From: Negaprion brevirostris
Lineage: Eukaryota
Assembly (NCBI GenBank): GCA_030324005.1
Contig: JARDVH010000137.1
Coordinates: forward strand, 27,723,501 to 27,787,500
Direction: 5' to 3'
Length of the DNA: 64,000 nucleotides
In this document: positions 1 through 11,832 of the stretch, one piece after another
Numbering within the stretch: position 1 is the stretch's first letter
Layout: the number at the start of each line of letters is the position of its first letter
Position numbers and translations under genes: made by a program
Notes under the pieces: generated by a model
What the model was told of the DNA's origin: nothing
Seen by the model: the letters and a program-made list of their open reading frames with translations, nothing else
Database searches by the model: none

Positions 1-63
1 GAAGGGCCTGTTTCCCGGGTTGTTGTTGTTCTTTCTTCTTTGTTTATTGGGTCTGTCCTTTGT

Positions 64-2709
64 TTCAAAATAATTTAAGACAACCATCCTCCATTATTCT
101 TAATAACTTTCCAGTAACTTTCCTTTTAGTAGAGCAGTTGGATAACTGTAGATTTGCACCAACCCAGTTAAGTTTAGAAACTTCCTTGTTTTCCAGCATT
201 TGTTTAATGCTGACCAAATCAATTCTCAAGTTCCTCTTCTGTTAAACTTTTTGTTGAGCGAACATTGTCCCATAAGGACAGATGACACTCAATGGTACGA
301 TGTGGCCATAAAAAAAAACTATTTATATATCAGACAAACATGTGCCCACATCCAATGCTTCTACTAACACTTGGGTTTCAGCCATCAATGTACTTTTGAT
401 TACTGTTTTTATTTTCTTTGCTTCCCAGGCCAAGGGGCAATAACTTTGTTATCTACCAAGAATATTATGAATCTGGCACCACGCGAATGTCCATCTGGTA
501 GATTGGCATGTGAAGCAACACTAAACACAACTAACTTCATGCTTTCCTGTTCTCCTAATGCTGGGAATTTAATTACACATTCCTCTAATTGTAACTTTTT
601 AAATGTTTTATTAATCTGCAAGATCTCTTCAATATATTACTAAGCTCTAGTACATTATAGCTCCCATCTGGTCTTGTCTGTGTGCATAGCCAATTTAGCT
701 GTCCTAACATACTCCTCAACAACTCTATTTCTTTTTCGTTGGCCTGTTCTTCTTTTCCCAATGACCCCTCTCTGATGATCGGAATGGGATCAATACTGTT
801 TTGATGTCCCTGTTGACTCATCGTTACTTTGTCGGATATCAAGATATCGAAAAGCACCAGCTACTTGACTCCCTACTTTAAATTCTGTTTTCAGCTTCAC
901 AATTAATTCTTTTTTTCAGATTCTTCTGTGCCACCTCATAGGCAGTCATCCACATGCATTATAAAAATTCCAGCTAATTTTCCTTTAACCTTCCAGTAAG
1001 ACATTGCTGGATTTGCTTTTAACTGGACACAACCAGTTTTCAGCAGTACAGAACATTCAGAGAAATACCAAACCCTTGATGCATCAATTAACCCGTATAC
1101 ACATTCATTTAATTTCCACAAACGTCCCTGTGTATTACTTGCTTCTTTGGGAGGCTTCAAAATATTTTTCTTTGAAATGTTTCGCCCTGCAGAAATGCTG
1201 CTTTGATATCAATTGATTTACTCATCCAATTATGAGATGCTAGAACAGTGAAAAATAGTTCAGTGTCACTTACCCTGCTGTGGGTGAATCAACCCTAATG
1301 TGTCTCCCATCCAGATGTTCCTCATAACCACAGCCTACTAATTTGGCTTTAGATTTATATGTTCCATTTGGCAAAATTTTCTCTATGCAAACCTATGGGA
1401 CAAAGCAGGTTGTCCTTTATCTGGTACATTGGTGTAAACCCCAAATTCCTTCCAACTGTCCAGCTCCCTTTATCTGACCNNNNNNNNNNTTCCTTCTCAG
1501 GGGGGCTTCTATTCCTATTCCTATCATTGATTTGATTTCTCGCCTTCCTCATTAAGCTCCGGCCTCTACTGCCATGTCTGTTTATGACAGGGCTGCTACG
1601 GTGCACTCTGTTGACACACCTGTGGTCACAGATTCGTGACTTTTTCCCGTATTCACCAATATTATTGTCTCATCCTCAGGATTTAGGTCTCGCTTTTTTT
1701 GTTTCCATCTGTCCACCCCATTTTCCCAATCTATAGCTTTGGCTTCTTGCCGTTGTTCTTGTATGTTGAACCAGCGTTTGTACTTTCCTGAGGCCTTTCC
1801 CGTTTTCCTGATTATAACGGCTTCTCTCCACCTTCTTGACCCTTTGGGTATGTATGATACCACTGTGCCTACTTTGGGTAGCTGAATATCTGAAGTAGCA
1901 ACTTCATCCCCTGCAACAGACATGCACAGTCCAACACTATGTCTGGAATCTCCAAATTAAATTTCATTACCCTGTTATAACCCCTATCAATATCCATGAA
2001 ATACTCTTCCATGGACTGGGTGTCTTGCCTCCTAATCCTGTCAAACATCACCCATCCTTCATAACTCTCTAAGAACTCATCTCTCTGGTAAAACGTATCT
2101 AAGTATTGTAGCAGGAGCTACAGCCCTTCTTTACTCGGGGCATCTGCTTTCCAATCGGAAAATACTTTGCTTCTTATCTTGCTCCTTATTGGAAGTGACA
2201 AAGCTAATGCCATACTTTGTATTTTTTTTCGTTGTTGTGGTGACAAGGTCCACATTTCCACCTCTGCCTTCCATTGCCGATATTGTTCGGCATCTGAAAA
2301 GACCATGGGACAATCAAATCCCACTGGCGTACTTCTATCTTCTGCTATGGTTGTAGCACTTCTTCAAAAACAAACACCAAATTACAATGGGTTTTCCTTT
2401 GGTACTGATGTTTCTTCAGAAGGATCTGTTCAAAATGCAGCTAATGAAAATACAACAAAACTTACTCCAACTTATAAATCAAAAAAAAGGTTTCATAAAG
2501 AAACATCATGACTGCAAACTTGGAGCCTCACCCTGGGCCACTCCAAACTCCCCATAATTCTACATAACTCCTTATTTGTAGTGAATCAGCTGGTCAGTTG
2601 ACTATTACATCACTCTAATTGGCTCCATGGTTTACTGGGTCAGCTGACCCTTACATCTTGTTCCCATTGCTCACATTACATCCAAAATATCACTGGTTAC
2701 ATTCTAACA
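64..2709 (-). mobile_element. Decayed Ty1/Copia LTR retrotransposon, GalEa-like, internally deleted
   Basis: Minus-strand fragments in Copia order: gag (YRQWKAEVEMW...ALALSLP...KIRSKVFS; FDRIRRQDTQSMEEYFMDIDRGYNRV), post-integrase region (PKVGTVVSY...KASGKYKRWFNI), RT (KAKLVGCGYEE..DSPT; IDIKAAFLQG; LWKLNECVYGLIDASRVWY; IMHVDD), RNase H (LGQLNWLCTQTRPD; VFSVASHANL; KRNLRIDLVSIKQML...QLSNCSTK). Many frameshifts and stops. Confidence 0.88.
2427..2709 (-). repeat. Putative 5' LTR of the Copia element
   Basis: 283 bp upstream of gag, bounded by TGTT...AACA on the minus strand (TGTTAGAATG ... TTTTGAACA). No clear PBS and no second LTR in the window. Confidence 0.5.
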
Positions 2710-2711
2710 GC

Positions 2712-2833
2712 GTACTGGCACTGTCACTAACTAGTGATCTAGATTCCCAGGGCAGGATCTGGGCACTCCAGTTCAAATCCCACTATGGCAGATGGTGAAA
2801 TTTGAATTCAATAAAAGTCTGATTTTTTTTTTG
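2712..2833 (+). mobile_element. tRNA-derived SINE, 5' fragment (same family as 20985-21374)
   Basis: B-box-like GTTCAAATCCC followed by ATGGCAGATGGTGAAATTTGAATTCAATAAAA, shared with other copies in the window. Confidence 0.7.
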
Positions 2834-3039
2834 TTCCAGCAGTGTGCATCATGGAGCTCCAATGCTCATTGTAAAGCCCATAAAAATAGGTGTTAAGAAG
2901 CTCAAATTCTCAGCTCACTTCTTTTTTCAGTTGTCAACTATGGCAAATGTGAGCATAAATGGCACTGGAGTGAGGCAACTTCTCGTGAGCCATCCCCAGC
3001 ATACCTTCTAATTCTATCTTTTTCTCCTGTTCTATGCTC

Positions 3040-3205
3040 TTAAAACTGAACTATAACACTTTTAAACTCGCTATATTCTGTACCCACTCTTTTCCATCTC
3101 CCTTATGTACTCTATGAACAGTATGCTTTGCCTGTATAGTCAGCAAGAAACAACACGTTTCACTGTATTGAATACATGTGTCAATAATAAATCGAATAAT
3201 AATAA
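3040..3205 (+). mobile_element. Rex1/Babar LINE 3' UTR fragment
   Basis: Matches the 3' end of the Rex1 copy at 7135-7260 (GTATGCTTTG.CTGTATAG...CAAGAAACAA...TTTCACTG...AATAAATC). Confidence 0.65.
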
Positions 3206-3215
3206 TGTCCGTTCG

Positions 3216-3541
3216 TAGAATCCCTACAGTACAGAAGGAGGCTATTCGTCCATCGAGCCTGCACTGACAATAACCCCACCCAGGCCCTATTCTTGTAACC
3301 CCACGTATTTACCCTGAAAAATCCCCCTGACACTANNNNNNNNNNGAGCAATTTAGCATGGCAATCCACATAACCTGCACATTGTTGGACAGTGGGAGGA
3401 AACTGAAGCACCCGGAGGAAACTCACGCAGACATGGGGAGAACGTGTAATCTCCATATAAAAAGTCATCCAAAGCTGGAATTGAACATGTGTCTCTGGTG
3501 CTGTGAGGCAGCAGCGATGCCACTGTTCCACTGTGCTGCCC
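3216..3541 (-). mobile_element. HE1-type V-SINE
   Basis: tRNA head, V domain (CTCCCCATGTCTGCGTGAGTTTCCTCCGGGTGCT) and CR1-like tail ending CTGTAGGGATTCTA. Confidence 0.88.
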
Positions 3542-4816
3542 ATTCTTATTTACTCAACTTGCTCACTATGCACATATTCCCTGACAGAAATCCCAACATA
3601 AAAATGGAATGTGAGGACAATGTGAGTCACAGTAGAGCTATAAGAGGCAGTTCAGAGTATGAAGGGGCAGAACCACCTCAAATAACAGACTGAGCCCCAC
3701 AACAGGTAAATGTAAGGAGCTGACTGGGTGAAGTGCGTAATATTCTTGGTCTTGTGCTAACACAGAATAGTTACGGTTTGCTGAGGTAAGGAAAACACCA
3801 ATTTTATTGGCAAATATTTTACTGTAGTCTCCTTACCATGAGATTTACAAGAGAGTGCATGGTCAATAACACATTGCTTCACTTCCTTCGATGATGTGCA
3901 TTATCACAGCAAATAACTGATGTTAATCCCTTATACTACATCTCCCCCAACTCTGACTCCCATTTCTTTTTTATAGACTGTTGTAGCAGTTTCACTGCTC
4001 TACCTGATTGGGTCCTCTGTCTCTTTGGAGGAGATCAGGCATTTGAGTTCTACCTGTGATCCCTCAGATTCTGCTGAGAGATGGAGAGTTAATAGACGAT
4101 CACTTTTACCAGCCTGCTCGTCATATGGATTAGTAAATGGATGGAGCATCTCTGGTCTGTTCTAAGTGGTAGGTGACTGCTTTGAATGTCTAAGGGTTGT
4201 TTCTGTGTGACAACTAGGGCACGTATATTCCGTCTCACTCATACCTTTATCTGGATGTGACAGCATTGTGGATGCAATGCATGTTCAATTACTCTTTTGG
4301 ATGCAAACTGACTGCTGGTTTGAAGTTAGCTAAGCTTCACGCTTTGTGAAATTTCACACCTGTTTGGAATGGTACTCATTCTCTTTTCTCCTCACTTTTT
4401 CCAATTCATCAGCTTGTGCTCACAGCATAGGCATTGAGAAAATGGAAAGTTGAGTCTCCCGTCTTCTTCCACTGTGAACTCACATGGTGTTAAACCACTT
4501 TGGAGTTGAACAAATAATAGCTCAGAAGTGCAAAATGGATGACATTTTTCTCCTTCAGCAATGCTTTCACAGTAAGCACTCTTCTTCACTGTAGGCTAGT
4601 GGGTACCTTGGTCAGCTGATAGTACGATCAAAATCCATACAATGCCATGAGCTCTTTCAAGTATTCATTGTCTGATGTTATCCCATTTTCCGAGATTACA
4701 AGGACTGGAATTCCATTTGTTGCAAAATTTNNNNNNNNNNNNNNNNNNNNNNNNNNNNNNNNNNNNNNNNNNNNNNNNNNNNNNNNNNNNNNNNNNNNNN
4801 NNNNNNNNNNNNNNNN

Positions 4817-5072
4817 TGTAGCTGACACTGCTGCCTCACAGGGACCTGGGTTCAATTCCAACTTGGATAACTGTCTGTGTGGAGTTTGTACATTTTCCCT
4901 GTGTGGGTTTCCTCTGAGTGCTCCAGCTTCTTCCCACAGTCTAAAGATGTACAAGTTATATGGACTGGCCATGGGTTTGCAGGGATGGGACAGGGGTATG
5001 GACCTCGGTCAGATTCTTTATTGGACAGTGTCGCAGACTCAATGGGCCAAATGGCCTTCTGTACCTCTGTGT
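4817..5072 (+). mobile_element. HE1-type V-SINE nested in the Gypsy integrase
   Basis: CACTGCTGCCTCACAG, B box GGTTCAATTCC, V domain, tail ATGGGCCAAATGGCCTTC. Confidence 0.85.
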
Positions 5073-6002
5073 TTGAAGGGTCCATCCCAGCACCTTCCCA
5101 TAACCTTGATGGAAAGGAAGATGACATCAATGGTTTGCTTGACTCCTGACAATGAACAGGAAAAAAAATAGGATTTGATATAATCTCTTCAAACAATTTT
5201 GAGACACCTGATTTGGCTACCAAACAGAATATCTTACTCTGAGTCAACATTTCTGATGCCCAAATGTCCTTAGTGAAATTGTTGCAGTGTGTTGAGTCCC
5301 AGGGCTCACGGAATAACCACTCTCCCACACCAAATGAGTAAATCATCAACTACACTGAGTCCTCTTTGTTCACAGTACTGTTTGAGAGAGGGGTTGTGTG
5401 GCCAGTATGCTGGCCATCCTCTAATGCAGTACACACTAACCCGAACACATTCCACATCAGATTTCTGTGCATCTCTGATTTCACTCAGTCACTGAGTTGT
5501 TGCTGCTGGAGTTGTGCTTGTTGCTGATGTAAAGGTTTCTTCCTCTTCAACAAGAATTATATCATCTTATTCAGGTCTTGCTACAGGATATAGGATGAAG
5601 CACCTACTGTGGTCTGCTCTTTACCGGAACATCCTCTGTCTTGGCAGCAAACTTCATCATCCTCAGTCTGAATCACTGTACACCCAGAAGCATTTTTGTA
5701 ACTCCTTAGAATTTAAGAGTATCACTTGTGGTCTTTCTCCATCTTGACATAAAGACTGAGAACATTATTTGTGAACTTTCCTCAAGCCCACTTGGCAGCT
5801 AATACTTCTTTCTCCATCACTGCATATCTCTGTTCAGTCTCTGTCAATGAGTGGGATGCTTTGGAAACTGGTCTACATTTTTCCATCTCTGTATATCTGA
5901 AGAAGTACAGCTCTTAATGTTTTGATAGTGCACCTGCACCAACAATAGTGGGTAGTTCAGGGTCATAGTGAGCTAAAATACTAGGTGATTCCAGCAACTC
6001 GT

Positions 6003-6350
6003 TGGATGGGATCTTACGAGAATTTGGCAGAGTGTCAGTTTGGGGAGAAAACTGGTGTGGAACTCTCTAGTTCTGCTGTCCAGATTTCTCTCTGAATCTT
6101 GTGACTTTAACTGCCCCCCAAAAAAGTGAGCGTGGTTCATGCCATTAGTCTGGTGAGGTAAGAACTCTAATATCTAAGAACTGGCTCCATTAAGATCAGG
6201 GTGCCCTTTTTAATGATGCCCCAATCGCTGGAAATACCATGAGGTACCTGTATCCGTCCCCCCCATCCCCAACCATCGTAGCATTGGGCGCATTCCATCC
6301 CCACTTCTCTCTCCACCCCCAACGTCCTAATCATCCCCAGCACTGGCCTT
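6003..6350. mobile_element. GC-rich MITE fragment
   Basis: Starts GGATGGGATCTTAC, similar to the termini of other MITEs here; GC-rich body interrupts the Gypsy. Confidence 0.45.
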
Positions 6351-6354
6351 TGTC

Positions 6355-6960
6355 TTTTGTCCATTATTTTGAATCTGTACCCTCTAGTTCATGATGTTCT
6401 CGAGTAAGAACTCACTATTTACCCTGTCACATACCTCTCAGGATCTTGAATTACTCCTTGAAATCTCCTTGAAATCTCCTTTCAGCCTTCTTTTCTCCAA
6501 AGAAAACAGTCCCAACCTCTTCAATCAATCCTCATAGCTCCAGTTCTTTACCCCTGGAATCATTCTTATGAATCTCTTATGTTCTCCTTCTGATGCCTTG
6601 ACATCCTTTCCCAAGTTTGGTGCCCAGAACTGGATGCAGCACTCCAGATTAGGCCAAACTAGTGTCTTATGCAACTCAAATAGGACATCCTTATTCTTGT
6701 ACTCAGCGTCCCTCTACATGTCCTGCCAATGATTTACGTACATGCACACCGAGGTCTTTTCCCTTTATATTACACTGCTCTTTCATACTTTTCCTGCCAA
6801 AATAAATTACTTCTCTGCATTGAACTTCACCTGCCACTTGTCTGGCCAATCCCCTAATATGCCTATGTCCTTCTGAAATTCAAGACTATGCTCATCACAG
6901 TTAATGATGGTTTCCAAACTTTGGATAATCTGCAAATTTTGCAATCATACCCTGAACAGC
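6355..6960 (-). mobile_element. CR1 (HER1-like) LINE, RT/3' fragment
   Basis: Reverse complement encodes KFADYPKFG, LVWPNLECCIQFWAP, GLFSLEKRRLKG, typical of the CR1 ORF2 C-terminus. Confidence 0.8.
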
Positions 6961-7134
6961 ACGGCCTTTCCAAAGAAAGGCATCTTAATGCTGTTGCTAT
7001 CTTCCATTTCATGGATCTTGCAACCTTTTGATAGCTTCTCTTTTTGCTTATTCTGTACAGGCTTCTTACTGCAACTCAAAAACTGAAAATGACCCTGCTT
7101 TCCACAAAAATGGCATTTGGCTTTTTTTTGTTTT

Positions 7135-7622
7135 GATTTATTACTGTCACAAGAATTAACATTCAGTGAAAAGTATTGTTTCTTGCGCACTATACAGACA
7201 AAGCATACCATTCAGAGAGAAAGAAATTAGACTGTGCAGAATGTAGTATTACAGTCATAGCTAGGGTGTAGAGAAACATCAATTTAATGTGAGGTAGGTC
7301 CATTCAAAGGTCTGATGGCAGTAGGGAAGAAGCTGTTCTTGAGTAGGTTGGTACGTGACCTCAGACTTTTATATCTTTATCCCGAAGGAAGAAGGTGAAA
7401 GATAGAACATCCGTGGTGCGTGGGGTCCTTAATTATGCTGACTGCTTTACAAAGGCAGTGGGAAGTGTAGACAGAGTCAACGGATGGGAGGCTGGTTTGT
7501 GTGATGGATTGGGTTACATTCATGACCTTTTGTAGTTCCTTCCAGTCTTGGGCAGAGCAGGAGCCATACCAAGCTGTGATACAACCAGAAAGAATGCTTT
7601 CAATGTTGCATCTATAAAAGTT
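7135..7622 (-). mobile_element. Rex1/Babar LINE, 5'-truncated, nested in Gypsy gag
   Basis: FYRCNIESILSGCITAWYGSCSAQD..LQKV...IIKDPTH..FHLLPSG followed by a 3' UTR with AATAAA. Confidence 0.88.
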
Positions 7623-8884
7623 GCAGCTTCTCTGCATCTGTATGTATCTTCTTTGCATCAGTTGCATATGTAAAAGTTGTGGCTTCTTTGGTGGAATGAT
7701 TTTCTTGCCTGCCTCTTTTCCCTTCTCTAATGAAAATGAGTTGTACTAGTTGATGGATGCTCTTGCTGCCTCCTTGCTTTTGCATAGCTGGCTTTTTTGT
7801 TTTTCAATTCATATGCTGCTGAGTCAGTGGTTTTTGGGATATGGTTCTCCCCATCAACCAGAATCACCAATTGATTTTGCTTCCTTACCTCAGCTTGGCT
7901 GCTCAGTTGAATTGCTTTAGTTAAGTTTAATTCATCTCTTGGCTGCCAGTGATCAGACAATGCTTCCTCTAAGGCCAACAACAATTCTGTCCCTGATTAG
8001 CTCATCTTTTTAAATGGCCATATTCACAGTTCTATGCAAGTCTATACAGATTGTGGATAGACGTATCAATACGTTCCCCTTGTCATTGGGTATCCTTGTT
8101 AAATTTGGCCCGCTTAACAATGGAATTCTATTGCAGATTGAAGCAGACATCAAGTTCTTTTATCACTTCATCATATGCAGCGCTTTGTTTGTTAATCCAT
8201 TGTCTGACTAGGATATCATATGCACAGTCACCCATGGGTATAGTCGTGCACTGATGAGCGCACTGCTTGTCTTTGCAGCAAGGCCCGAAGCGGTGCAATA
8301 TCTGGTAAAGCTTTGGTACCAGCTCAGCCTTGCTTGGTTGGTTGAGACCTGCAAACTTTGTGGAGTTTCCCTGTAATGACAGAGTCTGTTCCAATCTCAT
8401 TCTCTCACACGCTGCCATCATATCATATTCTTGGTCTTGTTGCGCTAACAGAGAATATTTGCAGAATCTGACAAGGAAAGGGAAACATCTTACTGTGGCT
8501 TCCTTGCCATGAGGTCGGCAAGAAAGTGCAAGATCATGATACTATGTCTAAATAGCTAATCACACAGTTAGAATTAACCCTTTTTCCTATAGAATGAAAG
8601 TTGAGTACTTGGGGGACATTCTTCTTTGAGCTTGCTGCCACTGTCTACACAATGACCCCAGGAAGCAGCAATAAGTATGGTGTGCAGGAAAGGAGTATGT
8701 ATGGCACACTGGGCCTTGTTTCATTTATAAGTGTTGGTGGGGATGAAAGAGTAATCAGCAGCAGTCCCTGTAGGAGCAAAGAGAGAAAACCTGGTTGGAG
8801 TAGAGAGCCAACCAGGGTCTCACTTTCTAAAGGTACCTTCATTTTCCAACATGATCCCATCCAGTTTCAGAAGAAAGACCCTCT

Positions 8885-9200
8885 CATAGATCCTGGGTTC
8901 AAATCCCATCATGGCAGCTGATAGACTTTGAATTCAATAAAAAAAAAAATCAGGTATTAAGAATCTACCAAGGACCACAAAACCATTGCCGATTGTCAGA
9001 AAACCTGTTTGGTTCACTAATGATCTTTAAGGAAGGAAATCTGCCACCCTTACCTGGTCTGGCCTTCATGTCATCCACTTCATGTGTCTCCAGAGCCACA
9101 GCAATGTGGTTGACTCTCAACTGCCCTCGGGCAATTAAGGATGGGCAATAAATTCTGGCCAGCCAGCAACGCCCACGTCTCACAAATAAGTAATAAAAAG
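8885..9200 (+). mobile_element. tRNA-derived SINE with CR1/L2-like tail
   Basis: B box GGTTCAAATCCC, core GGTTCACTAATG...GGAAGGAAATCTGCC, tail GGGCAATTAAGGATGGGCAATAAA. Confidence 0.85.
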
Positions 9201-10384
9201 ACCCAGTAAATTACATATAGAGCAGGAATGGGTGTTACTCAACATCTCAAATTCGTCCAGCCCCTTTGATGTCGAAAAATATCTTGAGGCGCTGAACAGG
9301 AATGTAATAGAGAAACAGATTGTTATTCTGCTGAAAAGGATTTCTTCATGGACAAGTTATTTTAAAAAAAAACAAGAATTGTTAATCAATCTCTGAGCAC
9401 TTTAGCTTTTTGAAGATTAGACTGCAATCTGACTCCAAAATGTGATCTTATCTCACAAAGGTCACTCTCTTGAAAGCTATGTGACGTGTTTAGATTTTAG
9501 AATACAAAACACAATCAATAAATCATTTTAGCATCTTTCAAAATTGTTTTCTAATCTCTATTATTGACTTTCTGTTCCAATTTTCAAAAAAAATGTAGAA
9601 TTCTACATCTTATGGTTAGCATCTATCGAAATAGTTGAAATGAAGGATGAAAGATCTAGTTCAGTGAGCAGAATAACACTCAGGGGGGACACTGTACTTC
9701 ATATTAGAATAATAAAACCANNNNNNNNNNGATCAAAATATATTGCTCACGCGGAATTATGAGCAGGAAAACGAGGGTGGCCTAAAACCTGAATTCCCGC
9801 ACCTACCTAGTTCACACCAAAGGCTGCCTTGAACACAAACTGCCAGGTTGTCAAGTGTAGCAGCGAATGGAAGTGAGGATGTTACCGGACCAAAGGAAAA
9901 AGGAATGTTCATGACAGAACCTCTGAAGCTGGCCACAATAGACACAAGTTTATATATATAATATTGTAACAGAGGAAACTTGAGGGACCAAGGTGGGATT
10001 ATGGCCTGACCACTCGAGGATATCAGATAACTTATAAAAAAAAACTTTACAGCACCTTTATGAAGGAAGCCACATGAACACTTTTCTCTCTCTTTCCACA
10101 AGAAGAGGCAGCTAACATACCAACAATCTCAAAATGTCATAGGGTCATACAGCGCAGAAGAGGGCCTTTGGCCCAACGAGTCTGCACCAGCACATGAGAA
10201 ACACCTGTCCCCCCACCCCCCGCAATCCCTTTTACCAGTACTTGGCATCTTGGCATCATGTTATGCAGCCTCTTTCAGGGAACAAGCAGCCCTGGTGACA
10301 TGGGTGACACCATTGGCATTTCAATGAAGGGTCTTCCCACTGACTCTGCCACCGTTAATAGGGTCAATACTAGACACTAAAATT

Positions 10385-10578
10385 GAAGCAAAATATTGCA
10401 GATGCTGAAAATCTGAACCATAAACAGAAAAAAATCTGCAATAACTCAGGTGGAGTGTCTGGAGAGATATTCCAGAGTTACTGTAGGATTTTTCTGCTTA
10501 TCGTTCAGACTTCGAAGATGCTGCTCGAGCTGCTGGGTTTTCCCAGCGTCTTTGCTGCTGTTCTCACAGATTTGCAAT
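10385..10578. mobile_element. Penelope pLTR-derived element with inverted ends
   Basis: AAGCAAAATATTGCAGATGCTGAAAATCTGA at the left and an inverted GATGCTGC..GCTGCTG..TTTTCCCAGC segment at the right; same family as 44748 and 47196. Confidence 0.55.
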
Positions 10579-10579
10579 G

Positions 10580-10730
10580 AAACAACAAAAGAACAAATGA
10601 GAAAGAAAAGAACAAACAAGAAAGAAAAGAATGAATGAGAAAGAGAGAGAAAGAGAGATAGAGAAGAAAGAAAGACAGAGAGACGGAGAGAAAGAAAAAA
10701 AGGACAGAAAGAGCGAAGAAAGAAAGATTT
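10580..10730. repeat. AG-rich low-complexity / (GA)n-like tract
   Basis: Almost purely A/G sequence. Confidence 0.85.
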
Positions 10731-10813
10731 GCATACATATATATAAAATCATATTTCATGGCCATCTGAAATCTCAAGACACTTCTCAGCCAATTAAATA
10801 TTTTTGAAATATG

Positions 10814-11832
10814 GGGGCCAATTTTCCCATGGCAACCTGCAAATTTTGTGGCAGGTCTGGTCAGGAGGATTGCATGTCAGCCGTTTCGCGGGATTCACGC
10901 ATGCATTCCCAATGCATACGCATCCCCCAGAGCTAGGGAACATTTGCAGTTGGGACCGTGCTGGAAATTGGCAGGAAGAGAGGTAAGGCATTTTAATCTG
11001 TTTTAAATATACTTCAATTGTGGCTTAAATGTAATTATCGGGTACTTGCCGGGCCCAATAGCATCTCCCACCCTGCCAAGAGTACTTCATTCCAAATGGG
11101 GTTTACAGTAGATACCCACATTTGGGGAACTAACGGGAAACTGTGCCGGAGTGAAGTGAGGGTCAACCGGGGCCACCCAGGGAGGTGGTGTCCTCTGGGC
11201 ATGGGCACCTTGGCACTGCCCAAGGGGCATGTGGGCAGGGCTTAGGGGTGATTGGTGGGGGTCCCACTGCCACTCTGCATGGGGATTCATCTGGGCTGGA
11301 GGGAGGCGGAGGCCCACGATTGAGTCAGGCTGGGAAGGNNNNNNNNNNNNNNNNNNNNNNNNNNNNNNNNNNNNNNNNNNNNNNNNNNNNNNNNNNNNNN
11401 NNNNNNNNNNNNNNNNNNNNNNNNNNNNNNNNNNNNNNNNNNNNNNNNNNNNNNNNNNNNNNNNNNNNNNNNNNNNNNNNNNNNNNNNNNNNNNNNNNNN
11501 NNNNNNNNNNNNNNNNNNNNNNNNNNNNNNNNNNNNNNNNNNNNNNNNNNNNNNNNNNAGGGAGGGTGGGGGGGATCTGACTCCGGGGGAGGGTCAGCAG
11601 GAGAGGGGGGAGTCTGCTGGGGTGGGGGAATTGCCACTGCTGGGGGTGGGGGGCTGGACATTGGCACGCTCTCAGACATTGGCGCTGCCTCCTGGGTTTT
11701 TAATGATATTCATGATTGCGACTTCTACAGTGCACTGAGTGTGGAAATTCAGGTCTGAAGCTGCTGTGAAAAAACGATTGTGATCTGGGCCAGTTTTCCC
11801 GCCAGTTCAGCACTTTTGGGAGAATCGTCCCC
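10814..11832. mobile_element. Non-autonomous DNA transposon (Harbinger-like MITE)
   Basis: Imperfect TIRs GGGGCCAATTTTCCCA / TGGGAGAATCGTCCCC, flanked by ATG on both sides (10811-10813, 11833-11835); contains an assembly gap. Confidence 0.75.

Larger units (their letters stand above)
3736..8591 (-). mobile_element. Decayed Gypsy (Mag-like) LTR retrotransposon with nested insertions
   Basis: Related LTRs at 3736-3940 and 8421-8591, PPT GGGGGAGA (3941-3948) and PBS-like TGATGGCAGCG (8410-8420). Protein remnants: gag (MGDCAYDILVRQ; ALSDH..DELNLTKAIQLSSQAEVRKQ), CCHC knuckle CHFCGKQGHFQFLSC, RNase H start (SPSILAHYDPELPTIV), integrase (GRVVIP..GHLG; FATNGIP..VISENG). Protease and RT are largely missing. 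Confidence 0.85.

Noticed and set aside
8601-8921. 106-aa ORF after the Gypsy LTR
   Set aside because: No recognisable domain, a stop directly after the only good acceptor, and it runs into a SINE.
9600-10100. Protein-like frames with in-frame TGA (possible exon or selenoprotein)
   Set aside because: Several stops and no good splice sites; pieces such as LRGDTVL, SRTYLVHTKG and TTRG fit a decayed Gypsy integrase tail better.
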